From: an uncultured bacterium
GTDB lineage: Bacteria; DYJV01
NCBI GenBank assembly: GCA_964543655.1
Contig: CAZIZE010000072.1
Coordinates: 1 to 38,471, forward strand
DNA length: 38,471 nt
Direction: 5' to 3'
The notes under the pieces were generated by a model, which was given only the letters and a program-made list of their open reading frames with translations, was not told the DNA's origin and did not search any database. Position 1 is the first letter of the stretch, and each line of letters starts with the position of its first letter. A program made the translations under genes and the position numbers. This document shows positions 7,801 through 17,480 of this stretch, one piece after another.

Positions 7801-9251
7801 TTTATCCAGATTATGAAAATTTTAAAAAAATAAAAGAGAAATATGAAAAAATTACAATATATAAAGAGGTTTTTGCTGATACTTTTACACCAATCTCTTT
7901 TTTAATGAATTATGCAACAGAAGATTACATATTTCTACTTGAAAGTGTAAATATAGATAAAACTTTTTCAAGATTTTCATTTTTTGGCATAAAGCCAGCA
8001 AAAATTATTTATGGCGTAAAAGATAAGACCTATGTTGTCAAAGATAATCAAAAAAAAGAAATAGATTTGAATATAGTTGATTATTTACAGATAAATTATA
8101 AAAAACAACCCCAATTTAGTTCAGGTGAGTATGGTGATTTTGCAGGGGGATTGGTTGGATTTTTTGGATATGAATCAATGAATTTTATGAATTTTTTAAG
8201 AAAAAATGTAAAAATGGATAGTAGTATTCACTCAGCTTTTTTTGAAGTAAATGATTTTTTTGTTTTTGATAATTTTAAAAATAAGCTATATTTAGCAAAG
8301 TGTATTAATAACAATGATATAGAATATTTTGAAGCAGTTGAAAATTTAAAAAAATTTCAGATTAAAATAAATGAGAATGCCAATGAGTATAAATCTTTTG
8401 AAAAAATAGATTTTTTACCAGAATACAAAAAGTATGAATTTATTGATAGAGTTAAAGCAATAAAAAATGAAATTATTAATGGTGAGGCGATTCAAATTGT
8501 TTTTTCTCAGAAATTTAGTATTGATGCAAATATTAATCCAATTTCATTTTATAGAGGTTTGAGGAAAATAAATCCATCACCATACATGTTCTTTTTGAAG
8601 TTTAAACAGAATATCATCACTGGTTCATCACCAGAAACACATTTGAAAGTTAAGGATTCATTTGCTCTTCTTAAGCCAATTGCTGGCACTTATCCTGTTG
8701 AAAGAGATATAGATAAAGTGAAAAAAAGATTGTTAAATGATGAAAAAGAGATGGCAGAGCATTTAATGTTGCTTGATCTTGCAAGAAACGACCTTTATCA
8801 AGGTTGTAATATAGATAGTGTGAAAGTTAATAAATCTTTTGTAACAGAGGTATATTCCCATGTTGTTCACATTGTCTCAGAAGTTACAGGAAAACTTGCA
8901 GGTAATTTTAGTTCATTTGACCTTTTTTTAAAAACCTTTCCTGCTGGCACTGTGTCAGGTGCTCCAAAAGTTAGGGCTATAGAGTTAATAAATGAATATG
9001 AAAATTCTGTTAGAGGTTTTTATGCTGGATGTGTTGGATATTTTGGTTATAACCATGATCTTGATACTTGCATTACAATTAGAAGTGCTCATTTTTCAGA
9101 GAACAGTGTTGTTGTGAGAGCTGGTGCAGGTATTGTTTATGATAGTATTCCGGAGAATGAGTTTACAGAAGTAAATAGAAAATTAAAAGCACTTTTTAAA
9201 GCATTTGAAATAATTAAGGAGATTGAATATACCAATGTTTTTGTTAGTTGA
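7797..9251 (+). CDS. trpE: Anthranilate synthase component I
   Basis: LLES, NPSPYM, GSSPE, PIAGT, EHLMLLDLARND, FPAGTVSGAPK, AGAGIVYDS. Confidence 0.92.
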   Translation: MIYPDYENFKKIKEKYEKITIYKEVFADTFTPISFLMNYATEDYIFLLESVNIDKTFSRFSFFGIKPAKIIYGVKDKTYVVKDNQKKEIDLNIVDYLQINYKKQPQFSSGEYGDFAGGLVGFFGYESMNFMNFLRKNVKMDSSIHSAFFEVNDFFVFDNFKNKLYLAKCINNNDIEYFEAVENLKKFQIKINENANEYKSFEKIDFLPEYKKYEFIDRVKAIKNEIINGEAIQIVFSQKFSIDANINPISFYRGLRKINPSPYMFFLKFKQNIITGSSPETHLKVKDSFALLKPIAGTYPVERDIDKVKKRLLNDEKEMAEHLMLLDLARNDLYQGCNIDSVKVNKSFVTEVYSHVVHIVSEVTGKLAGNFSSFDLFLKTFPAGTVSGAPKVRAIELINEYENSVRGFYAGCVGYFGYNHDLDTCITIRSAHFSENSVVVRAGAGIVYDSIPENEFTEVNRKLKALFKAFEIIKEIEYTNVFVS

Positions 9252-9792
9252 TAATTACGATTCTTTTACCTACAATCTTTATGCACTTATGAAAAAATGT
9301 GGAGTTGAAGTTAAAGTTGTAAAAAACAATGAATTTTTTACTGATATTAACCTATCTGCAATTGTAATATCTCCTGGACCATCAAGTCCTGAAAATTCAG
9401 GTACCACTATGCAATATTTAAAAAAATTTGCTGGTATTGTGCCAATTTTTGGAGTTTGTCTCGGAATGCAATGTATTGGCTATTTTCTTGGATATAAGAT
9501 TCATCAATCAAAGAAAATTATGCATGGGAAGGTGGATAAGATAGTAAAAATTAGAGAAAGTTCCCTTTTGCAAGGAATAAATCAAAAATTTAAAGCTGTT
9601 AGATATCATTCCCTATCTGTTGCAGCTAAAAGAGACGATAATATTGTTACAGCTGTTGCAGAGTCTGATAATGAGATAATGGTAATAGAGGATTTAGAAA
9701 AGAAATTATTTGGGGTGCAGTTCCATCCAGAATCTTTTTTAAGTGAGTATGGAGATAAGATTTTTAAAAATTTTTTGAAGTTGGTTGTTTAA
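9235..9792 (+). CDS. trpG: Anthranilate synthase component II (glutamine amidotransferase)
   Basis: DNYDSFTYNL, SPGP, GVCLGMQ, RYHSL, QFHPES; start moved to ATG 9235. Confidence 0.92.
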   Translation: MFLLVDNYDSFTYNLYALMKKCGVEVKVVKNNEFFTDINLSAIVISPGPSSPENSGTTMQYLKKFAGIVPIFGVCLGMQCIGYFLGYKIHQSKKIMHGKVDKIVKIRESSLLQGINQKFKAVRYHSLSVAAKRDDNIVTAVAESDNEIMVIEDLEKKLFGVQFHPESFLSEYGDKIFKNFLKLVV

Positions 9793-9815
9793 TGTGAAAT
9801 ATGGTGGCTATTGAC

Positions 9816-9937
9816 TGATACAAAACCAACTTTAAAGCAAGAGATTTTTCGGGCTAAAACCCTCAAAATGACAGCTTTTGTGGAAAATAGAAGCACTTGT
9901 AAAAATGCTGATAGATTTTTTATTTGGTTTTGTATAA
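9816..9937. mobile_element. MITE-like repeat family A, copy 2, between trpG and trpD
   Basis: ATACAAAACCAA (9818-9829)...TTGGTTTTGTAT (9924-9935); colinear with 128-252. Confidence 0.8.
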
Positions 9938-9958
9938 CAATCATCAATGGGGGAGTAA

Positions 9959-10957
9959 ATGGATAAAAAATTAATTTTAAAAAAAATTGTTGAAAAGCAA
10001 GATTTGCATATAGAGGAAAGTGAGTTTATATTTAATCAAATTTTTCAAGGTAAATTAGATGAAATAGAAATAGCATCATTTTTAACTGCTTTAAAAGTCA
10101 AAGGAGAATCTCCTGAGGAAATAGCAGGAGCTATTAAAATTTTAGATAAAAAAAAGGTTAAAATAGAGAGAGGAAGAGAGTTTGCAATTGATACATGCGG
10201 CACAGGTGGTGATGGTAAAAAGTGTATAAATGTATCAACTGCAGTTGCTATTACATTATCAACCGCCGGGATAAAAGTTGTGAAACATGGAAATTCTGCT
10301 CAAAGTGGCTTTCTTGGGTCAGCTGATATTTTAAAAGAGTTTAATATACCGTTCAATTTTGACACAGATGCAGCAATAAATTTTTTTAAAAATAACTCTT
10401 TTGTTTTTCTATTTGCACCATTATATCATCCAGCTATGAAATATGTTGTACCCATTAGAAAAAAGCTTGGTTTTCCTACAATATTCAATTTTATCGGACC
10501 TTTTATAAACCCTGCTGAGCCAGATTTTCAAGTTACAGGAATCAGCAATATGAAAAATCTTGAGAATATAGTAAATGCGTTAAGTAAAGCTGGGAAGCAA
10601 AATATAATAATTTATTCATCAGAAGATGGTTATGATGAAATATCCACAAAAGCACCAACAAGATGTTTTGAAATAAATTCAGAAATAAAAGATTTTATAA
10701 TTTATCCAGAAGATTATTTTGAACCATTTGAAATGCCAGAAGTTAAAGATAGAGAAGATGCAAAATATATGTTCATTGAAGCTATTTCTGGTAGAAGTGA
10801 TGAATTAGCAAAGTTAATTTCAATAAATGCAATGCTACCCTTTTGCAGAGCAAGAGGTGTTGATTTTAAGGAAGGGTATAATTTCTGTTATGATTTGATT
10901 AAATCAGGAAAAGTTTTAGAAAAATTTAAAAAGTTGCAGAATAGAAAAGGTAATTGA
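9959..10957 (+). CDS. trpD: Anthranilate phosphoribosyltransferase
   Basis: DTCGTGGDG, NVST, KHGN, GSAD, YHPAMK, DGYDEIS. Confidence 0.93.
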   Translation: MDKKLILKKIVEKQDLHIEESEFIFNQIFQGKLDEIEIASFLTALKVKGESPEEIAGAIKILDKKKVKIERGREFAIDTCGTGGDGKKCINVSTAVAITLSTAGIKVVKHGNSAQSGFLGSADILKEFNIPFNFDTDAAINFFKNNSFVFLFAPLYHPAMKYVVPIRKKLGFPTIFNFIGPFINPAEPDFQVTGISNMKNLENIVNALSKAGKQNIIIYSSEDGYDEISTKAPTRCFEINSEIKDFIIYPEDYFEPFEMPEVKDREDAKYMFIEAISGRSDELAKLISINAMLPFCRARGVDFKEGYNFCYDLIKSGKVLEKFKKLQNRKGN

Positions 10958-11052
10958 GTTTAGAATGCTTAGAATGAACTGGAGAAAATGGAGTTTGGAG
11001 TAGGGATGAATATAAATGACTAACAACCAATAACCAATAGGGGATATTTATA

Positions 11053-11802
11053 ATGATAACACTTGAAACAATTTTAAATAGTAAAAGAGAAGAGATTAAA
11101 TCTATAAAAAAGATAAATTGCAAAAGGAATAGAAAAATTTTTGAATTATCTGATTATATCATTGAGAAACCATTTATTGCTGAGGTAAAAAAAAGCTCCC
11201 CTTCATTAGGCCATATTAATCTTAACATTAATCATATTGAGCAGGCAAAAAAATATGAACAATTTGGAGCTGGATGCATAAGTGTTTTAACAGATAAAAC
11301 TTTTTTCAGTGGTGATATTGAATATTTGTATGAAATTAGTAGGTCTGTTAATCTCCCAATTTTATGTAAAGATTTTATTTTAAGTGAAATACAGATATTA
11401 AACGCTTATATTTCAGGGGCAGATGTTGTTTTAATAATTGTTTCTATTTTAAATGACTCAGAACTTGAACTGCTTGTAAATTATTCAAAAAATTTAGGTC
11501 TAAATATCCTTTATGAGCTACATTCATATAGAGACTTTGAAAGGATTAAGAATTTAGAACCAAAATATGTGGGGGTTAATAGCAGAAATTTCAATAATAT
11601 GAAAATAGAAAAAGATAGAGCATTAAACCTTATAAAAAAATTAGAAGGCAATTTTATAAAAATAGCAGAAAGTGGAATAGAAACAGGGAAAGATATTAAA
11701 TTATTTAAAAATGCAGGTGCAGATGCTTTTCTCATAGGGACATCATTAATGCTGTCAAATAATCTAAGAGAAAAATTCAAGGAATTTTACAGTTGTTTGT
11801 AA
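11053..11802 (+). CDS. trpC: Indole-3-glycerol phosphate synthase
   Basis: IAEVKKSSPS, ISVLTD, PILCKDF, GVNSRN, AESGI, LIGTSLM. Confidence 0.93.
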   Translation: MITLETILNSKREEIKSIKKINCKRNRKIFELSDYIIEKPFIAEVKKSSPSLGHINLNINHIEQAKKYEQFGAGCISVLTDKTFFSGDIEYLYEISRSVNLPILCKDFILSEIQILNAYISGADVVLIIVSILNDSELELLVNYSKNLGLNILYELHSYRDFERIKNLEPKYVGVNSRNFNNMKIEKDRALNLIKKLEGNFIKIAESGIETGKDIKLFKNAGADAFLIGTSLMLSNNLREKFKEFYSCL

Positions 11803-12338
11803 AAATTTGTGGAATTAGAGAAAAGAGAGAGATAGATTGGGCTGTTAGTCTTGGGTATAATGCAATTGGTATTGTTGTTTATCCTTTAAGTAAGAGATTT
11901 GTTCCCACCAATAGAGCAATAGAATTAATAAATTATGCTAAAGGAAAAATTTTAACAGTAGTTGTTAGTTTGAATTATAGAGATGTAAAAGATTTTGAAA
12001 ATATATCTGATTTTGTTCAAATATATGAGTATGTTAATTTAAAGGGTTTAATTTATGCAACAGATTCTCCACCAAAATATCAAAATTTTTCTTATCTGCT
12101 TTATGATTCAAGTAAAGGTTCAGGTAAATTTAAAGAGATTCCTGAATGGGTTATTGATTTCAGAGATAGATTAATTGTTGCTGGTGGTTTAAATAGCAAA
12201 AATGTAAAAGATGTGATTGATTATATACAGCCATTTGGAGTGGATGTGTCAAGTTCAGTGGAAAAAGATGGGAAAAAAGATTTTAAATTAATGAAAGAGT
12301 TTATGGAGTATGGAGTACGTAGGAATAGGGATGTTTAG
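11793..12338 (+). CDS. trpF: Phosphoribosylanthranilate isomerase (compact)
   Basis: VKICGI, SKRFV, AGGLN, GVDVSSSVE; TTG start. Confidence 0.9.
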   Translation: MFVKICGIREKREIDWAVSLGYNAIGIVVYPLSKRFVPTNRAIELINYAKGKILTVVVSLNYRDVKDFENISDFVQIYEYVNLKGLIYATDSPPKYQNFSYLLYDSSKGSGKFKEIPEWVIDFRDRLIVAGGLNSKNVKDVIDYIQPFGVDVSSSVEKDGKKDFKLMKEFMEYGVRRNRDV

Positions 12339-12420
12339 GGTATAGTTATTAAAGGTTGATATACAATTATTTTATTAGCTATTAACGACTAAAGAATAAC
12401 AACAAACTCTGGAGGAGAGA

Positions 12421-13572
12421 ATGAAAGGATTTTATGGGGAGTTTGGTGGACAGTTTGTGGCAGAGACATTGATTCCATGTCTTGATGAACTGGAAAACTG
12501 TTTTTTGGAAATTAAAAAGAACAGGGAATTTAAGAAAGAATTAAAAGAATTATTGCACAATTTTGCTGGAAGACCAACACCTATTTATTTTTGCAAAAAT
12601 CTGTCAAAAGCGTATGAGATTGAGCTTTATTTAAAAAGAGAAGATTTACTACATACTGGTGCACATAAAATTAATAATACCATAGGTCAGGCTTTACTTG
12701 CAAAATTCATTGGAAAAAAGAGAGTTATTGCTGAAACAGGTGCTGGTCAGCATGGTGTTGCCACAGCTACAGCAGCAGCATTACTTAATCTTGAATGTGT
12801 AATTTATATGGGTAGGATTGATGCAGAAAGGCAGAAAATTAATGTGGAAAGAATGAAATTACTTGGAGCAGATGTAAATATAGTTAATTCAGGCTCAAAA
12901 ACTTTGAAAGATGCTGTTAGTGCAGCACTTAGAGATTGGGTTTCTTCTTTCCCTTATACACATTATATTATAGGCTCTGTTGTTGGTCCGTATCCTTTTC
13001 CTGAGGTAGTTGCTTATTTTCAATCAATTATTGGAAAAGAAGCAAAAAAGTATTTTAATAAAATTGGAAAAATTCCAGACTATGTTGTGGCATGTGTTGG
13101 TGGTGGCAGCAATGCAATTGGAATTTTTAAAGGATTTTTAAAAGATAAGGTTAAATTAATTGGAGTTGAAGCTGGTGGAGTCACAGGTGACCCAGGTAAG
13201 CATGCTATGAGTATAGGCAAAGGAGAAAAGGGTATTTTTCAGGGCAGTTTATCGTATGTTATTCAAAATGATAATTTTCAGATAAATGATGTTCATTCTA
13301 TCTCAGCAGGACTTGATTATCCAGGAATAGGTCCAGAACATGCATATTTAAATGATATAAGAAGAGTAAAGTATGTAAGTGCCTCAGATAATGATGCACT
13401 TTTTGGATTTTATGAACTTAGCAGAAAAGAAGGAATAATTCCTGCACTTGAATCAAGCCATGCTGTTGGATATGTTTTGAAAAATAGAGAAAAGTTTAAA
13501 AATAAGATAGTATTAATTAATCTATCTGGAAGAGGAGATAAAGATATTGGTATTGTTTTAAAGATGAATTGA
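12421..13572 (+). CDS. trpB: Tryptophan synthase beta chain
   Basis: [49 protein letters not shown]. Confidence 0.96.
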   Translation: MKGFYGEFGGQFVAETLIPCLDELENCFLEIKKNREFKKELKELLHNFAGRPTPIYFCKNLSKAYEIELYLKREDLLHTGAHKINNTIGQALLAKFIGKKRVIAETGAGQHGVATATAAALLNLECVIYMGRIDAERQKINVERMKLLGADVNIVNSGSKTLKDAVSAALRDWVSSFPYTHYIIGSVVGPYPFPEVVAYFQSIIGKEAKKYFNKIGKIPDYVVACVGGGSNAIGIFKGFLKDKVKLIGVEAGGVTGDPGKHAMSIGKGEKGIFQGSLSYVIQNDNFQINDVHSISAGLDYPGIGPEHAYLNDIRRVKYVSASDNDALFGFYELSRKEGIIPALESSHAVGYVLKNREKFKNKIVLINLSGRGDKDIGIVLKMN

Positions 13573-13634
13573 GATTGGAGAATGGATATAGGTTGCCTAA
13601 CAACTAAGAAATAACAACCAACATTGGAGGGATT

Positions 13635-14327
13635 ATGAAAGGTATTTACATTGTAGGTGGGTATCCTAATTTAAATGATTTTAAAAAGCAAATTGAGATT
13701 ATCAATAATATTAATATTGATTTTATAGAAATAGGAATTCCTTTTAATGATCCAGTTGCTGATGGACCTGTTATAGCAAAAGCTATTAATGAAACAGTTA
13801 ATCATAATTATAGTGTAGATGAAATTTTAGAAATAGCACAGCAAACAGATAAGCCTTTTTATATTATGACATATGCAAACATTATTTACAAATATGGAGC
13901 TGAAAAATTTTCAGAAAAGTATGGTAATGTTATTAAAGGTTTAATTATTGCAGATTTACCCAATAGATTACATAAATATTTTTACAATCTTGGACTTAAA
14001 ATTCCTATAATACCTTTTGTTACAGTTGAAACAAGAGAAGAAGATTTTGAACTTATTAAAAAATTAAAAGGTGATTTTATCTATTTTATTGGAACAAGGG
14101 GAACTACAGGAGTAAAGGTTGATTTTAATAGTAAATTATTAAAGGATAGAGCAATTGAAATTAGAAATAGATTGAATAAGAAATTTATTATTGGATTTGG
14201 AATTAAAAATAGAGAAGATTATATGAAGGTTTTAGAGTATGCTGATGGTTTTGTTATTGGTACAGAAATAGTAAAAAAGCAGGATAATTTAAGAGAATTT
14301 GAAATCTTTTTAAAAAGTTTATTTTAG
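13635..14327 (+). CDS. trpA: Tryptophan synthase alpha chain (compact, 230 aa)
   Basis: IEIGIPFNDPVADGPVI, MTYAN, GTTG, GFGI, DGFVIGT. Confidence 0.92.
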   Translation: MKGIYIVGGYPNLNDFKKQIEIINNINIDFIEIGIPFNDPVADGPVIAKAINETVNHNYSVDEILEIAQQTDKPFYIMTYANIIYKYGAEKFSEKYGNVIKGLIIADLPNRLHKYFYNLGLKIPIIPFVTVETREEDFELIKKLKGDFIYFIGTRGTTGVKVDFNSKLLKDRAIEIRNRLNKKFIIGFGIKNREDYMKVLEYADGFVIGTEIVKKQDNLREFEIFLKSLF

Positions 14328-14336
14328 AGGGGAAAA

Positions 14337-15587
14337 ATGATAGAAATAGATATTCCTGGTTCTAAGAGTATAACCCAGAGGGCAATAATTTGCTCCTGTT
14401 TGGCAAATGGAGAATCAATTTTAACTAATCCACTTTTGTGTGAAGATTCCATTTACTTAATCAAAGGATTAAAAAGACTTGGAATTAAAATAGATTGTTT
14501 GGAGAATAGAATAGAGATTAATGGAAATGGTGGTATTTTTAAGGATAACGGTAAAGCTGAAATTTTTATGGGAAACAATGGCACAGGTTACAGATTTTTA
14601 TTAACACTTTCCAATTTCTATAAAAATCAACTAATCTTAACTGGAAATGAAAAATTACAACAAAGGCCAATAAAACCACTTGTGGATTCATTGCTTAATT
14701 TAAGGTTTAATATTGAATATTTGAAAAGGAAAGGTTATCCACCAGTTAAAATTTTACCAACAAAAGTTAATTTTAATAAAAAAATTAATGTTAAAATAGA
14801 TGCATCAGTTAGCAGCCAATTTATTTCATCTCTTTTATTATCAGGGATATTTTTTAAAAAAGGTATTGAGGTAATTACAGAGGGAAGAGTTGTTTCTACA
14901 CCTTATATTGAAATAACATTAAAGGTAATGAAAGATTTTGGAGTAGATGTTTTTACCAGTAAGAACAGATTTACAATCCCAGAATTTTCAACATATAAAT
15001 GCAGAACGTATAATATAGAGGGGGATTTTTCCTCTGCATCATATTTTATGGGTGCTGCTTTTTTTTTAAAAAAGGAGATTAAATTAAAAAATCTAAATTA
15101 TGAAACTTCATTGCAGGGAGATAAACATTTTATAAAAGTTTTAGAGAAAATGGGTGGAAAATTTGAAATTTTGAAAAATGAAATAGTTGTTAAACCAGCT
15201 CCTTTACATGGTATTACTATTGATATGAATAAAATGCCTGATATTGTACCAACACTATCTGTAGTGGCAAGTATTGCAAAGGGCAACACATTAATAAAAA
15301 ATATAAAGCATCTCAGATATAAAGAAACAGATAGGATTAATGCAATTTGTAAAAATTTAAATTCTATTGGTATTATTGCAGAAAATGGCGATGATTATAT
15401 CTTGATAAAGCCTTTTATTGGTAAAGAAAGATGTTTTAACAAAGTTATAGACCCAGAAGATGACCATAGAATTGCTATGAGTTTTGCACTGTTTAAACTT
15501 ATTGGCTGGGATGTAAATATATTAAACAAAGAATGTGTTAAAAAATCTTTTCCAGATTTCTGGAAATTATTTGAAACATTGTTTTAA
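14337..15587 (+). CDS. aroA: 3-phosphoshikimate 1-carboxyvinyltransferase (EPSP synthase)
   Basis: PGSKSITQR, GNNGTGYR, SSQFISS, EGDFSSA, LRYKETDR, DHRIAMSF, KSFPDF. Confidence 0.94.
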   Translation: MIEIDIPGSKSITQRAIICSCLANGESILTNPLLCEDSIYLIKGLKRLGIKIDCLENRIEINGNGGIFKDNGKAEIFMGNNGTGYRFLLTLSNFYKNQLILTGNEKLQQRPIKPLVDSLLNLRFNIEYLKRKGYPPVKILPTKVNFNKKINVKIDASVSSQFISSLLLSGIFFKKGIEVITEGRVVSTPYIEITLKVMKDFGVDVFTSKNRFTIPEFSTYKCRTYNIEGDFSSASYFMGAAFFLKKEIKLKNLNYETSLQGDKHFIKVLEKMGGKFEILKNEIVVKPAPLHGITIDMNKMPDIVPTLSVVASIAKGNTLIKNIKHLRYKETDRINAICKNLNSIGIIAENGDDYILIKPFIGKERCFNKVIDPEDDHRIAMSFALFKLIGWDVNILNKECVKKSFPDFWKLFETLF

Positions 15588-15771
15588 TTTTTTTTAAAAA
15601 AGTGTTGACTTTGAAAAAAATTAATGTTAATTAAAAAAAGTTAATTTTGGCCGATAATAATTTGTAAATAAAATTATTTGAGAAAGAAAGGAGGTGGAAG
15701 ATAGTTTTCAAAGAGTTAATATTTATAAGTAGTGCCAATAATATTAAAATTCTTAAAGGAGGGTATCAAAA

Positions 15772-17235
15772 ATGAAGAAGTGGTTAAGTTTTTTATTTGT
15801 AGCTATTGTTCTTTGTTGGGCAGCTAATTCATTTGCTGCTATGGGTTATGTTAGTGCAAAATCAAGTGATGTTGATATTAAATTGTTTGGTTCTGAGCAA
15901 ATGTGGCCTACATTTATCCACAATGCAAGCTTTAACAGTGATGACAAAAAGTTTGACTGGATAGGTAGAGAAGATGGCCATGAAAAGCAATTTGATATTA
16001 GAAACCAGTTTAGAATGGGCTGGAAAATTACAGGTAATAAATGGTCTGGATTTTTTATTTTAGAAGATGATGTTAATGCCACTAAAACTAATATTGATAG
16101 ATCTGAAAATGGTAACAATGGTTCAGCTGCATTTGGTTTAGAAAAATTAGAGTTCCACTATAACTTCAGTAAATATTTCATCTGGGAATTAGGTTGGAAT
16201 GGTAAAGCTCTTGATATTAAAACAGGTGGTTTAGTTTATACAGATGACCACCCATTTATAGGCTTCAAAGGTGGAGATAAAAACTGGAAATACGAAGTTC
16301 TTTTTATGGCAATTAGAAATGATGGAAAAGATGGTTTGCATATTAGGACTGGTGTAAACAACTGGTCTGGTGTTCAGGACAACCTTTTTGCTTACACAGC
16401 TAAATTATACTACACATTTGATACAGGTAGTGGTAAATTAACATTTGCTCCTTTCTTTGCATGGCAACAAAATCAAATAGCAAGAGCTGATGCTTACTAC
16501 TTTGGTTTTGAATTGTTTGGAAAACTTGGAATTATTGTTCCAAGATTAGAGTTAGTATATGTTACTGGTAAGCAGGATGGTGTAACTCTTGCTAATGGAA
16601 CTAAAGATGATTTAGATATTGATGCTTGGGCAGGTTTCTGGTCATTAGAATTTGATCTTAACAAAGCATTTAATCCATACTTTGGTATGTGGTATATTCA
16701 GGGTGATGATGATGGTAATGATGGTGATGAGCACAACTTCCAAGGTATTACTAATATAGCTAAGTTTACTCCTACATTTGGTATGGGTTATGGTGACTCT
16801 TTAACAGATACAAACATTATTCTTGGTACAGTTCTCTACTCAATCAACCCAACACTTGCTAACTTAAAAGGTGGAGCAGGATATGGTGCTATTGGTGGTT
16901 CTGCTAAAACAGGTGGCCCTGGTGTTATCTTCTACGGGATTGGTTTTAAAGGTGATTTAAGTGATGTTATGGCTAAAGGACTTAGCTATAAACTTCAAGG
17001 TTACTATATGGAATATGAAGATACAGGTGCTATGGAAGATTACTATGGCAAGGATATTGATGAAGAAATGGGCTGGGGTATTGCATTTAACTTAAAATAT
17101 CAAATTAACAAACATTTCTATATTTTAAACACATTTAATGTATTTGATCCAGGTGATGGTATTGAAGATAAATGGGGAAATGATTATGATGACACAATGT
17201 ACACAAATACTACAGAATTTGCATGGAAATGGTAG
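15772..17235 (+). CDS. Outer-membrane beta-barrel / porin-like protein
   Basis: Signal peptide ending SFA-A; Gly/Asp/aromatic-rich; C-terminal TEFAWKW; frequent TAC/AAC/TTC codons; own terminator. Confidence 0.75.
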   Translation: MKKWLSFLFVAIVLCWAANSFAAMGYVSAKSSDVDIKLFGSEQMWPTFIHNASFNSDDKKFDWIGREDGHEKQFDIRNQFRMGWKITGNKWSGFFILEDDVNATKTNIDRSENGNNGSAAFGLEKLEFHYNFSKYFIWELGWNGKALDIKTGGLVYTDDHPFIGFKGGDKNWKYEVLFMAIRNDGKDGLHIRTGVNNWSGVQDNLFAYTAKLYYTFDTGSGKLTFAPFFAWQQNQIARADAYYFGFELFGKLGIIVPRLELVYVTGKQDGVTLANGTKDDLDIDAWAGFWSLEFDLNKAFNPYFGMWYIQGDDDGNDGDEHNFQGITNIAKFTPTFGMGYGDSLTDTNIILGTVLYSINPTLANLKGGAGYGAIGGSAKTGGPGVIFYGIGFKGDLSDVMAKGLSYKLQGYYMEYEDTGAMEDYYGKDIDEEMGWGIAFNLKYQINKHFYILNTFNVFDPGDGIEDKWGNDYDDTMYTNTTEFAWKW

Positions 17236-17258
17236 AAATTTGTTAAATATTTAAAATT

Positions 17259-17288
17259 AAAGCGGGGTTTTGCCCCGCTTTTTTTTTT
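17259..17288 (+). terminator. Intrinsic terminator after the porin gene
   Basis: AAAGCGGGG-TTTTG-CCCCGC followed by T10. Confidence 0.9.
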
Positions 17289-17480
17289 GCTTTTTAATTT
17301 TGTTATTGATAAAAAGGTGAAAATGGGATAATTAGTTGTTAGTGAAAGGTAATATTTATTTTGAAGTGGGAAGAATGGATAAATGGGAGTTGATATTCAG
17401 TAAGTTTGTAATTAAAAGTGGTTAATTTTCAGTTGATTTGTATGAACAATAAGTATTGAGCAACAACAAAAGGGGTAAAG

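Noticed and set aside
10955-11010. TRAP-binding (G/U)AG repeat tract in the trp spacer
   Set aside because: Only about 7 triplets with irregular, mostly too long spacing; no mtrB in the window
11793-14327. Short trpF and trpA as pseudogenes
   Set aside because: Catalytic and terminal motifs are present with no frameshift; compact versions are more plausible
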